From positions 59,150,001 through 59,214,000 of the forward strand of contig NC_086108.1 of assembly GCF_963921235.1 (NCBI RefSeq): a stretch of 64,000 nucleotides of DNA. Reading direction: 5' to 3'. The stretch comes from Mobula hypostoma. Taxonomy: Eukaryota. A model generated the notes under the pieces. The model saw nothing but the letters and a program-made list of their open reading frames with translations, searched no databases and was not told the origin of the DNA. Below are positions 49,537 to 61,598 of this stretch, piece after piece; the stretch's first letter is position 1; every line of letters begins with the position of its first letter. The position numbers were made by a program, and so were the translations under genes.

Positions 49537-49874
49537 ATTAAGGCTCCAATCAGAGGGCAGGATGGTGGGCAAGGACAAGCACAATATATCCTTCATTTTG
49601 CATATGCCCAAGGCCCCTGCTGGAATATTGATTTTTCCTAACAGAAAGAATTCTAGAGATCACCAGCTAAATCCTTATTTCAAAACAGCTGCAATATTCA
49701 TTTAGGCTTTTGTCGGCAATTTAATAGATGTCTTTCTTCCATACAACAGCACAAGTTGTCCACATAAAATATAGTAAACACAAGAGATTCTGTGGATGCT
49801 GGAAATCCAGAGCAACACATACAAAATGCTGGAGAAACTCAGCAGCTCAGGCAGCATCCATGAAAAGGAATAAA

Positions 49875-49912
49875 CAGTTGACATTTCAGGCTGAGACCCT
49901 TCTTCAGGACTG
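49875..49912 (-). ncRNA. Minimal type-I hammerhead ribozyme motif in pLTR
   Basis: CAGUC-CUGAAGA-agggucucagccu-GAAA-UGUC^-AACUG. Stem I is CAGU/ACUG. The deviations are CpG-type transitions. Confidence 0.65.
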
Positions 49913-51204
49913 GGAAAAAGGGGGGAAGAAGTGAGAATAAGAATGGCAAGGGTAGGGGAAGGAATACAAACTAGTTGATGATAGGAGAAGCCAGGTGAGT
50001 GGGGGAGGGGGGAATGAAGTGAGAAGTTGGGAGATGACAGGTGGAGAAGGTAAAGGGCTGAAGAAAGAATCTGAAGGGAGAGGAGAGTGGGCAATGGGAG
50101 AAAGGGAGGAGTGGGGGGGGGCTTCACCAGAGGGAGGTGACAGGTAGGTGAGAAGAAGAGGTAAGAATGGACCCAGGGTGGGGAATGGAAGAAGAGGGAA
50201 GAGGAGGGGAAAAATTACCATGTCAGATAAATTGATGTTCATGCTATCAGGTTGGAGGCTGTCCAGATGGAGTATGAAACATTACTCCTCCAGCCAGAGA
50301 ATGGCCTTATTGTGGCAGTAGAGGAGATCCTGGATGGACATATTGGAATGGGAATGAGGATTGGATTTAAAATAATTGGCCATTGGGAAATCCTGCTTGT
50401 TGTGGATGGAGCAAAGTTGTTCACCAAAGCAATATCCCAATCTATGCCAGGTCTCACCAATGTCGAGGAGGTTGCATTGAAAACGTTCAATATAGTAGAT
50501 GACCCCCAACAGACTTGCGGGTGAAGTGTTACCTCACCAGGAAGGTCTGTTTGGCTCTTCATGGAGTTGAGGGAGAAGATGAATGGGCAGGCGTAGCTCT
50601 TCTGCTTACAGGGGTAAGTGCCAGGAGGGAGAATAGCGGAGAGGGATGAATGGACAAGGAATCATGGAGAAAGAAATCCTTGTGGAGACCGGGTGGGTTG
50701 GAGGTAAAGATCTGTTTGGTGGTAGGATCTCAATGAAGATAGCGAAAGTTGCGCAGAATGATGTGCTGGATGCAGTGACTCATGGAGTGAGAGGACAGAA
50801 CAAGAGGAACTCTAACCCTGTTAAGGTAGCAGGATGATGGGGTGAGGGTGGATGGATGGGAAATGGAGGAGATGTGGGTGAGGGCAACATCAACAGTGAG
50901 GGAAAAGAAACCCTGTTCTTTGAAGAAGGAGGATGTCTCTAATGTTCTGGGAAGGAAAGCTTCCTCCTGGGAATAGATGTGGCAGAGACAAAGGAACTGA
51001 GAAAAGGGAATGGCTGTTTTATAGATGATAGGGCAGGAAGTATAGTCAAGATAGCTGTGAGAGGCAGTAGGTATATAAAAGGTATCAGTAGACAGTTTGT
51101 TCCCAGAGACAGAAAGAGAGAGATTGAGAAAGTGAAGAGATGTGTCAGAAATGGACCAAGTGAACCAAAATGCATGGCCGTGCATTTTCCAACAGTATAA
51201 ACCA

Positions 51205-52330
51205 CTCAACCACTCCCCTGCCAAAGTAGTTTAAATTCCTCCCCAACAGCTCTAACAAATGTGCCCACGAGAATATTGATACCCCTTGGGGTTCAGGTGC
51301 AACCTGTCACTTTTGAACAGGTCATACGTCCCCCAGAAGAGATCACAATGATCCAATAATCTGAAGTCCTGTCCCCTTCACCAGCTTCTCAGACACACAT
51401 TTATCTTCTAAATCATCCTGTTTCTCCCCTTACTGCCACGTGGCACAGGCAGCAATCCAGAAATTACTACCCATGAGGTCCTGCTTCTCAGCTTTCTATC
51501 TAGCTCTCTAAAATCTCTTTTCAGGATCTCTTTGCTTTACTTTCCTTGGTCATTGGTACCAATCTGTACCAAGACATCTGGCTGCTCTTCCTCCCTCTCC
51601 AAAATGTTGTGGATGCGATCTGAGACATCCCTGACCCCAGCACCTGGGAGGCAATATACCATCCATGTGTCCAGCTCATATCCACAGAATTTCCGGTCTG
51701 CTCCCCTCACTATCCCTATCGCTCACTTCTTCTCTCTCTTTCCCTTCTGCACCACAGACCCTTGCTTGGTGCCTGTAACCCGGTCGCTATGGCGTTCCCC
51801 CGGGAGGTCATCCAAAGTAGTATACTTATTTTTGTGGGGAATGGCCACAGATATGCTCTGCTCTAACTGCCTATTTATATTTTCATTTCTCCAGATGGTC
51901 AACCAGCTACTCGCCTCCTGCAGCTTTGGGGTGACTACTTCCTTGTAACTCTGATCGATTATCTCCTCACTCTCCCGTACAAGCTGAAGGTCATCCAGCT
52001 GCTGCTCCAGATCCCTAACATAGTCTTCACAGAGCTGCAGCCGGATGCACTTCACGCAGATGTAGTTCCCTGAGAGACTCTGGGTCTCCCAGGACTCCAG
52101 CATCTGACATGAAGAATACACAAGCGCCATTTACTATACCAGGCACAGTAAGAGAAACACAAAAAGAAAACCTTACCAAAACCTTACCCAGAGCCAACGC
52201 CTCTTCTGACCCAAAGGATCCTTTGAGCCAAAGCCTGACATTTCTATTTTCGCCACTGGCCTACTCCTGACAATAGCTGCTCTGCTTGTCCCTCCTGTAC
52301 TTTTATTTAGTTTGCAGTGCTCTAAAGCCT
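51205..52330 (-). mobile_element. CR1 5' part (5' UTR + ORF1), decayed
   Basis: ORF 51723..52130 reads SSCQM...YICVKCIRLQL..YVRDLEQQLDDL. Homologous to 9640-10600. Confidence 0.9.
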
Positions 52331-53289
52331 CTGCAATGGCCAAAAGCCCATGAAGGCCTCTTTTTAAACAAACATTGCCAACCAGTGAGAAAGCTCTTCG
52401 CAGTGCTCTGCTCCCACCACTGATAGGGTTGCATGAATCAGCACCATTGCAGTTGTCAATGTAGTGCAGAAAGAGATTAGGAGCATTATCAATGACTGTT
52501 CCCAGGAGCAAACAATAGGCAGACCTAGATGGGGCCCATGCAGATGCCCATGGCTGCACATTAGGTTTGGAACAAGTTGGAGGAGAATATTGTAATAATA
52601 CTATTCCATAAAATTACAATGGAGCTGTAATGCCATGCTTCAAAACACAAACTGGAGTTTTCAGAAAGTTAATATTAGCATCTATTCACTGCTCTGAGCA
52701 ACCTTGAAGAAAAATCATATGGATTGTGAAAACAAAGTAATTGTCTGTGATTACTTTATGAAAAACATTGGTTTGACAAACAGTCCAGAGTTATTTGATC
52801 ATATACTAAATGCTCCTTTCATTTCTTAGATGTGTTTTTTTAAGGTTGACAACAAGGGAAGTGGGTATATTAGATGACCGAATGGGGGAGTGTGGATGGT
52901 TGGAATCAGGAGGTTATGTGACAACATCATCCGATATATGTCTAAACAGAGCTGACAATCCTATCAGAGTGGAGTTAGGCTAACAATCAAAAAGCAATCC
53001 TGGTGCATTCTTCGCAATAATCCTGCTTCAGGTCTGAAGATTCTGGCTGAACACACAGAGGAAAGTTGCCTGAAATTGTTGGCACTTAATATCTTAAATA
53101 GTGGTTACAGGGCAAGGCAAGCCACTTTGACCTCAGTCATTCAGGCGATGTTTGTTCATGATCTAATTCAGAGGCTGAGTTCCAGTTTTGTTATTGACTA
53201 GTTCAATGAAATATCAAACAGAGCATCTACAAAACTGTTCCTGTTGCACAACCTCAGTCGCACAATAGAAGTCCACAAAATGACACAAG

Positions 53290-53975
53290 AAACGTGCTCA
53301 CTTTCCAAATCTTTGGAGCCATTTATCAACAAAAGCAGATAGTAATTAAATATTCACATTGCTTCAGTGTGCCTGCGTAACTTTTAACTGTATGAGAAAA
53401 AGGATACTTGAAGATCAAGACTTTAAACCTCACATAAAGTTCATAGTCCACCTTGTTCCACACCTCCAAACATGTAGAATTTAGAAACATGAATACCAAC
53501 AGCAGGCATCTGAAAGCAGTAGAGAAGTGCCACCAACACCATCTCCATAAATTCACTGAAATTAGTATTAGTGAACAAATGTTGGCATATTCTCATTCTG
53601 CTGCTCTAATGTGTGGGAAACATGCTCTGCAATGAACTTCCAAAACAGACCTTATTCTCTGAGCTCTGTAATGGCAAGGGTTTACCTGGAGGACAGAGAA
53701 ATCATTTCAAGGATATTCTCAGAATTTCTTTAAAAATTATAACTTGCACGCACATAGACTTGTATGAATTTCTGGCCTGATTACCACGGAGGCGTACAGG
53801 AAGATGCTAAATGTCTGAGTCACTTTGCTAGGAACACACAAAACAGCAGAAGTATTGCACCACCTTCCAGACTACTAAACATTTGTCCCTTTAAGCAGCT
53901 GTTGATGTATCTGTGACAGAAGTCCACCAATCACACAGCAGCCTCACCAGCCATCTCACAACTCACAAGCCTGAA
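53290..53975 (+). mobile_element. Old RTE-type LINE 3' fragment
   Basis: SRHLKAVEKCHQHHLHK, plus decayed PKQ.L.SEL..G....GGQ...FKD.L segments. Confidence 0.6.
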
Positions 53976-54276
53976 GCAAGTCAATTAGCAAACCAATAGG
54001 TAGACAATTACCAAAATGCTTAGAATCAATATGGTATAGAAGGTGCTCTTTCAACCCAAACAGCTTTCTCTAAGAGCAATCAACTTAATCGCATTCTCCA
54101 GGTTTTTTTTAATCAAGTCCCTACATCTTTTTTCTTCAAGTTCTTACTAAATTTGTTTCTGAAATCCACAACTATTAACTTCTTAGGCAGTGAATTCATC
54201 ATCATAACTATTTGCTGCATGGAAAGGGATTTTCTTCATTTCACCTTTGTTTTTGTTTGCCACCATCTTAAAATTA

Positions 54277-55111
54277 CAGGTCCACAATCCCTTATCCGAA
54301 ATCCTTGGGACCAGTTGCATTTCGGAATTCAGAATATTTTGGATCTCAGACCCTCCCCCCCCATACCAAAAAGCACGTATGCTCAAGTCCCTTATTTAAC
54401 CTGTCTCAGTGCGGTGAACTTTAAGACCCAGCGGCACACCAAACCTACGCACATCCTCCCGTATACTTTAAATCATCTCTAGATTACTTATAATACCTAA
54501 TACAATGTAAATGCTATGTAAATAGTTGTTATACTGTATTGTTTAGGGAATAATGACAAGGAGAAATATTATTTCCAACAAAAACATACAATAAAACATA
54601 AAAATATACAGCTTCAAACGAACCGAATCAAACACATGGTAAATGACTTATTGGAATAAATGTAGAACGTCACTGTCACTGTCACTATAAAACTTCAGTA
54701 ACTTGTCTTTCTGTTTATTTAAATCATATACAGTGGTAGTTCCAACACTATTTTCTTCAGTAAGACGCCACACAGACACACCACAATCAAGCTTCTGCAA
54801 TAACTCCACTTTCTGCATTATTGATAGAGAAGATTCCTGATCTTTTTCTCATTGTTACCCATAGGGGTATCTGCAGCTCTTTTTGACATTTTCACAGTGA
54901 AATTAAACACAAAGTCAACAGTGAACACAAAATATCAGCGAACAGCAAATGCACGTGTAACCAGTACGAGCGCTGAGCCACAACTGACGTCTGGTGGCCT
55001 CTGTTAGTGCTGCCATGTCACACCCAAGTGATGTCAGCTGTTGGCGAAAAAAATCTTTGGTTTTCAGAGCTTTCTGGATTTCAGAATTTCTGATAAAGGA
55101 ATGTGCACCTG
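54277..55111. mobile_element. Tigger/pogo non-autonomous element, possibly chimeric
   Basis: TIRs CAGGTCCACAATCCCTTATCCGAAAT / ATTTCTGATAAAGGAATGTGCACCTG with TA on both sides. Confidence 0.85.
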
Positions 55112-55306
55112 TACTTCTTCTCATATTACCAATGAAAACAATTCTTCCTTATCCATTTGGTCCAGGTCCTTCATGATTTTGAACTGCTCTATCAAGTCAC
55201 CTCCACACTAATCTGCCCTAGGGAGAACAATCCTAGTTTCTCTAGTTTATGCACATATTCCTTGCTTCACTTTCCTTGCATGACTAGAAGGATTAAAAGG
55301 CATATA

Positions 55307-56928
55307 CAATGGTATGCAAAAGTTTGGTCATCCCGGTTAAAATTTCTGTTACTGTGAATAGCTAAGTGACTAAAAGATGAACTGATTTCTAAAAGGCATA
55401 AAGTTAAAGATGACACATTTCTTTAATATTTTAAGCAAGAATACTTCTTTATTTCCATCTTTTACAGTTTCAAAATAACAAAAAAGGAAAAGGGCCCGAA
55501 GCAAAAGTTTGGGCACCCTGAATGGCAGTACTTAGTAACACCCCCTTTGCAAGTATCACAGTCTGTAAGCGCTTTCTGTAGCCAGCTAAGGGTCTTTCAA
55601 TTCTTGTTTGGGGGATTTTTGCCCATTCTTCCTTGCAAAAGGCTTCTAGTTCTGTGAGATTCTTGGGTTGTCTTGCATGCACTGCTCTTTTGAGGTCTAT
55701 CCACAGATTCTTGATGGTGTTTAGGTCGGGGGACTGTGAGGGCCATGGCAAAACCTTCAGCTTGCATCTCTTGAGGTAGTCCATTGTGGATTTTGTAGTG
55801 GGTTTAGGATCATTATCCTGTTGCAGAAGCCATCCTCTTCTTATCTTCAGCTTTTTTTTTACAGACGGTATGATATTTGCTTCCAGAATTTGCTGGTATT
55901 TAATTGAATTCATTCTTCCCTCTACCAGTGAAATGTTCCCTGTGCCACTGGCTGCAACACAAGCCCAAAGCATGATCGATCCACCCCCATGCTTAACAGT
56001 TGGAGAGGTGTTCTTTTCATGAAATTCTGCACCCTTTTCTCTCCAAACATACTTTTTGCTTATTGCAGCCAAAAGTTCTATTTTAACTTTATCAGTCCAC
56101 AGGACTTGTTTCCAAAACGCATCAGGCTTGTTTAGATGTTCCTTTGCAAACTTCTGATGCTGAATTTTGTGGTGAGGACGCAGGAAAGGTTTTCTTCTGA
56201 TGACTCTTCCATGAAGGTCATATTTGTGCAGGTATCGCTGCACAGTAGAACAGTGCACCACCACTCCAGAGTCTGCTAAACCTTCCTGAAGGTTTTTTGC
56301 AGTCAAACGAGGGTTTTGATTTGTCTTTCTAGCAATCCTACGAGCAGTTCTCTTGGAAAGTTTTCTTGGTCTTCCAGGCCTCAACTTGACCTCCACCATT
56401 GCTGTTAACTGCCATTTCTTAATTACATTATGAACTGAGGAAACGGCTACCTGAAAACACTTTGCTATCTTCTTATAGCCTTCTCCTGCTTTGTGGGCAT
56501 CATTTATTTTATTTTCAGAGTGCTAGGCAGCTGCTTAAAGGAGCCCATGGCTGCTGGTTTTTGGGACAAGGTTTGAGGAGTCAGGGTATTTATAAAGCTT
56601 TGAAATTTGCATCACCTGGCCTTTCCTAACAATGATTGTGAACAAGCCATAGCCCTAACAAGTTAATTAAGGTCTCAGACCTTGGTAAAAGTTATCTGAG
56701 AGATCAAATCTCTTGGGGTGTCCAAACTTTTGCATGGTGCTCCTTTCCTTTTATTCACTTTAAAATTGTGCAAAACAAAAATAATACGCTAATCTTGCTT
56801 AAAATGTTGAAAAGAATGTTTCATCTTTAACTTTATGACTTTTGGAGATCAGTTCATCTTGTCCTCACCTAACTATTCACAGTAACAGAAATTTTAACCA
56901 GGGATGCCCACGCTTTTGCATGCCACTG
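55307..56928 (-). mobile_element. Full-length Tc1 element, IR/DR type, 1622 bp
   Basis: ~210-bp imperfect TIRs, each with outer and inner gcaaaagtttgg.ca.cc direct repeats. TA TSD. Confidence 0.96.
55526..56548 (-). pseudogene. Tc1 transposase (DD34E, catalytic E mutated to K)
   Basis: ATG at 56548, frameshift at ~56505, then GRPRK, WTD, QQDND, SPDLNTIKNLW (34-residue spacing). C-terminal frameshift. Confidence 0.93.
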
Positions 56929-58484
56929 TAGATTATAACAGTGGGTAACCTACCAATTTCTTTAGGGCTTATTCATGCTGTTAGTCCAAATGCTGGCACA
57001 TCATTTGGTTCATTTCGCAATAATACTGAACTTACATCAAAATAAAGTATTCTTTGCTGGAAAGGTTACCTGTATTTCAAACAAGACAATTCTACAAACT
57101 TCAGTACATTGTACAGTTATGCACCATCAGTCAAAATTTTAATCCTAGATAGACATAAAAGAAAAAAAACTACATTCATTAATGGAAGGTAAATGTGGTA
57201 CTTGTCCATTTATCCATTAAAGGTAGTAGATGATTGAATGAAGAACACTGCAGATTACATGGGAAACTGTGCTGAGGCTTCATTATCTTTATTAGAGCAA
57301 GCTGCCAGTTTTATTTGCCCTGTTGTTGACAGCTCCGAAAGAAATTTCTCAGTTCCTAGCCAGCAAGAATCAAACCAAAACTTTTACCTTTTACAGGGGA
57401 GATGATTTAAAGCAGGAAATAGTGCTTGAAGCCATCCCACAGATTAGATGGAGTTGCAGGTGGCTGATCAAAACAGGAGTCAAACCCTTTTTCTCTGAAG
57501 CAGTACCTGGACAAGGTGGAAAGGAAGAGAGATGTGCTGAGCACAAAACCCTCTAAGCATACCATTAATCACCAGTGGCAGAAAGTCATTGTGAAAGTCA
57601 ATCCAGAAATCAGTACTGGAAGACCTGAAGTCAATGGAGTTAGAAGTTTAATGATCCATCCAAGTATAGAAAGTCAGTGTTACATCTTTTCCCTTTCTTC
57701 CAAATGAACCTCCACAGTAAACAATATCTGCCAATGGATGCCATTCTATACCAATCAAGACTCTTTCATCTTTCATATAGTCCACCACCCCACCCACGCT
57801 ATTGTTGTAAGGTAGGTAGCTAATTTGATTGAGTTTCCACATGAACTTGGTGAGTTTATGACTTCTAATTTCTGTATACAAGCTTAAATAGTAAAATTCC
57901 CCAACATAAGCATTCGTCTCTGTCCCTCAGAGTTGATTTTGCTGTGCCCATGCATCATGGAACATTGCTTTCTTTACTGCAGTAATTGACTCCAGGCACG
58001 GCTGGTTAAGTGGCAGTAATAAATGCTCTGTGGCAGCTTCCTGATTTAACATGATATGAAATGAATTTCTCAGCAAACACGAATGGGAAAAAATAAAACC
58101 ATCTCTAACACTAACATCAAAACTTGATTCTATGGAAAGGTTTCAGAGGATTTGGTGAAATTGTTTCCTCTTGGCTAGTATCTAGAATAAGAGCTCCTGG
58201 TCTCCTGATTACTTTTGTGAAGAAGGCAAGTTCCAAGCCTCCTTTTTAAATAGTACTGTAATCCTTCTCAAAACCCCGGAAAGATTACAATTTCAATGTC
58301 TTCACTGCCCTGGCCCTGTATTGTGTGTGTTTTGGTCAGGTTGAGAAATATCCCGCAGTGTTTTTCAAAATGACTACATTTTACTTCAATTTGTTGCATG
58401 GTGAGGATCATATCCATTGTATTTCTTGATGAAGGTGACCAATGACTATCAGAACCAAGTAACTGATCATTCCTCTCAGTTGAT

Positions 58485-58806
58485 AGTTATATAATATTGA
58501 TCAATAAAAACTAACACTATGTTTAACTGCATTGCAATCATATCATCAACTCAAAATAATTGTGTATTTAATATTTCAGTAGTATTTGAGTAATATTTTA
58601 AATATATTGTTGGATTTAGCATTCTTGTCATTTAAATAATTCATTACATGTTATATGTAAACTAAGTGATTTGCATACACATGATGCTACCACGTGATAT
58701 GAGTGTGCCTCGCTTAAAGTAAAACACGAACTAAGACTTGCATCTCTCAGTTGTCTTGTTTTTCCTTTTGAATTATTTTTATGTTTTGGAGTTACAGAAC
58801 ATAACA
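58485..58806 (+). mobile_element. Probable old solo LTR
   Basis: Ends (a)gttat...ataaca, with AGTAAA near the 3' end. No convincing TSD. Confidence 0.4.
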
Positions 58807-59512
58807 ATTGGCTATAAATTATTTCAGCCATCTTGATACAAAAATATGTATTCTCCAAAAGCATTTTTTCCTTTTTGTGCAAATTTTTTGCATTGGCTTA
58901 TGTACAATATTTTGCATGTTAAAATATAAAAAGGTAATTTCAGGAAATATGAAAGCAGAAAAAGGACATGAGATGAGGGAATATTTTGGGTGTATTTGAT
59001 TACAATTTCTATTTTAGATGATTGGTCATTCATGACCTTGAGCCCACCTTTTATATTCACCATCCTTATCCATTCAGGGGCAGTATGCCTAATAGATCTG
59101 ACCTTTAGAGTTTGAGGAGCTGCTCTGCATACAGCTTAGACATGCAATGCACTTTCCAGCAGAATCCTATATGTGATATCAGTAACTCAAAGTTCTCATC
59201 CTATTTGTTGCATGGCCATTTGCTTTGCCATATCACACTCATGACACTTTCTGCAATCTATAAGCAGAAGAAGGAGAGGCTAAAATGAACTCAAAAATGA
59301 TAATCATGCACTCTAGAAATCTGACATTAAAACAGAATATACTGGAAATGTCGGCCATGTTGCTTCATTTCCAGAAGGCTAAAAACTGTAACTGTTCTGG
59401 GCCAAATGGGAGCCAATTTAGCAGAGTAATCTAGCTGTCACTCATTTTGACCTAATGCCTCAGAAAATTTCACTTCAGTGTCTTGGACAGAAACATCAGA
59501 ACAGATAGAGAT

Positions 59513-59714
59513 TGTTGTGTATGCAGCAGTTTACACAACAATATCATTAATAAAAATGCTGGAGACTGGCGTTACGTTAACAGGGTTCTTTACGAACTGA
59601 AACCGAACTGAACACACACGTACAGATCAATACATGCCTAATAGCGCATGCTCAATACCATGTATTACTACAACATAAAGTAGTCCTATATTATACAGTA
59701 GGCTATATGGTACA
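59513..59714 (-). repeat. 3' LTR of the Gypsy element, 202 bp, with adjacent PPT
   Basis: TG...CA ends. Polypurine tract AAAAGGGGAGGAG (59715-59727, minus strand) abuts the LTR. Confidence 0.9.
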
Positions 59715-61369
59715 CTCCTCCCCTTTTATTCTAATAGTGTATCAACGGTTTTTTTTTACTGAGGGCACTACGCTAAACAGTTATGTGTACCCTTAACATA
59801 CAATGCTTACCAACTGTTTACTTAGTAACTTAATAATATCAATTTATAATAAAGTAACGTAATAATAATAATTATAATAATTATAACTGAAGTCTCTGGG
59901 GGGGTCTTCTCTGGCTCTCCGGGTAACGTCTGCCCTGAAACATTTGCTTTGGGGAAATAGTCTCCACAGGTACATCAGGTGGGTCCTCAGCACTGATGAC
60001 AGGCTTATCTGTGGATGAGGCTGATGTGGTCACATCAGGAGTGTTTGTTTCTATGTCCAGGGAGTCAGGGCAAGATGTTGTTGTGTTTTCCACCTGAGCA
60101 TTCAGGATTTGATCCACACGATGTGCTTCTATGTTCGGGGAGTCTGGGCAAGGTGTTGTTGAGTTTTTCACGTGGGCATCTCGGATTTGATCCACATGAC
60201 GTCCCCATACGTTCTCTCCCACCTGTATTCTATACATCAGTGGTCCATCTATGGCGGAAATTGTACCCGGCTGCCACTTTTCAGTCTGGTAATCATGTGC
60301 AAGAACTGACTGTCCCACACTGAGCTCCATGTTAACTTAGTATTCAAGTGTTTGAACTGTCTGTTCTCCACATCACGCCGTACATCTGGTTTGAGAAGAT
60401 CCATGTGGGACCTCAGGTTCCTGTTCAGAAACATCATCGCTGGAGTCTGATTAGTGGTTGCATGTACTGCATTACAATAGTCAATGAGGAAGTTATCCAT
60501 CTTGTGTTGCAGTGGTCAATTTTCACTGTCCATTGCCTTGATGGCTTTCTTGAATGTCTGCACAAATCTTTCTGCCAAGCCATTTGTGGATGGATGATAA
60601 GGAGCAGATGTAAAGTGCTTGATTCCGTTGTTCTTCATAAAATTTTGGAATTCTTCAGAGACAAATTGTCGTCCATTGTCTGTGCAGATTTGTTCTGGTA
60701 TGCCATTCCTGGCGAACATGGTCCTCAGCACTGTAATGGTCTTTTCCGATGTGGTTGACTTCATTTTGATGACCTCTGGCCATTTGGAATGTGCATCAAC
60801 TGCAATAAAAAGATAGAGTCCATGAATGGTCCAGCAAAGTTGATGTGCACTCGTTGCCATGGTGATAAGGGCCACTCCCACGGATGGAGAGGGGCTTGTG
60901 GTGGTGTGTTCTGGATCTTTTGACATCCAGAGCAGTTCTTGGTCAAGTTCTCAATCTGTTTATCAATTCCTGGCCACCACACATAGGCACGGGCAATACC
61001 TTTCATTTTCACGGTACCCAGGTGCCCCTCGTGCAGTTCCTCCAGCACTCTGGTACGTAGCTTGGAAGGAATCACAACTTGTGAGCCACACATTAGTGTT
61101 CCCCGACACACTGACAACTGCTCCTTCCTCAATGAGAAGGCTGGAAACAGTGTGTTACCCCATGCTGGCCACCCCTTTACCGGGATGTCGTACACTTTTG
61201 ACAACATAGGGTCACTGAGTGTTTCCCTTTCAATAAAGCTGTTTGTTACTGGTAATTGTTCAAATATTGTTGTGTGAAAGACCTCTGCTGAATCCATTTG
61301 TGTAGTTATCTCTGAAATGGGCAGTGGTAAATGTGACAAACCATCTGCATTGCTGTGTTGCTTGGTCCC

Positions 61370-61598
61370 TGTGGTAAACCATGTATATATGTTGTAACTC
61401 GGTTGCCTGTCTGGACACACCCCTCTGCTGACTGCCGCTGTGGCTTCTCCCACAGAGTCCTGTATAAAGGTGTTCGCCTTGCCACTCCCCCTCAGTCCGG
61501 GGGCAGACACTCACTGTGGAGGTCGTATTGTACAGCGAATAAAAGCCTTTCAGTATTTTACCAAACCTCAGTCTTTTGGAGTAATTGAAGGTGCTTCA
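61370..61598 (+). mobile_element. Solo LTR, 229 bp, inserted antisense in the Gypsy RNase H region
   Basis: Ends TGTGG...TTCA. Contains TATAAA and AATAAA. Perfect 5-bp TSD GTCCC. The host frame [18 protein letters not shown] rejoins across it. Confidence 0.92.

Larger units (their letters stand above)
49776..52590 (-). mobile_element. Penelope-like retroelement (pLTR, GIY-YIG, RT), decayed, interrupted by a CR1 piece
   Basis: pLTR at 49776-49912; GVIY....C.LL.IGET (GIY-YIG); SHSYLDYTS..IPFSQFL (RT thumb); AMG..MGP and LFLHYIDN (YIDD) at 52440-52560. Confidence 0.88.
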
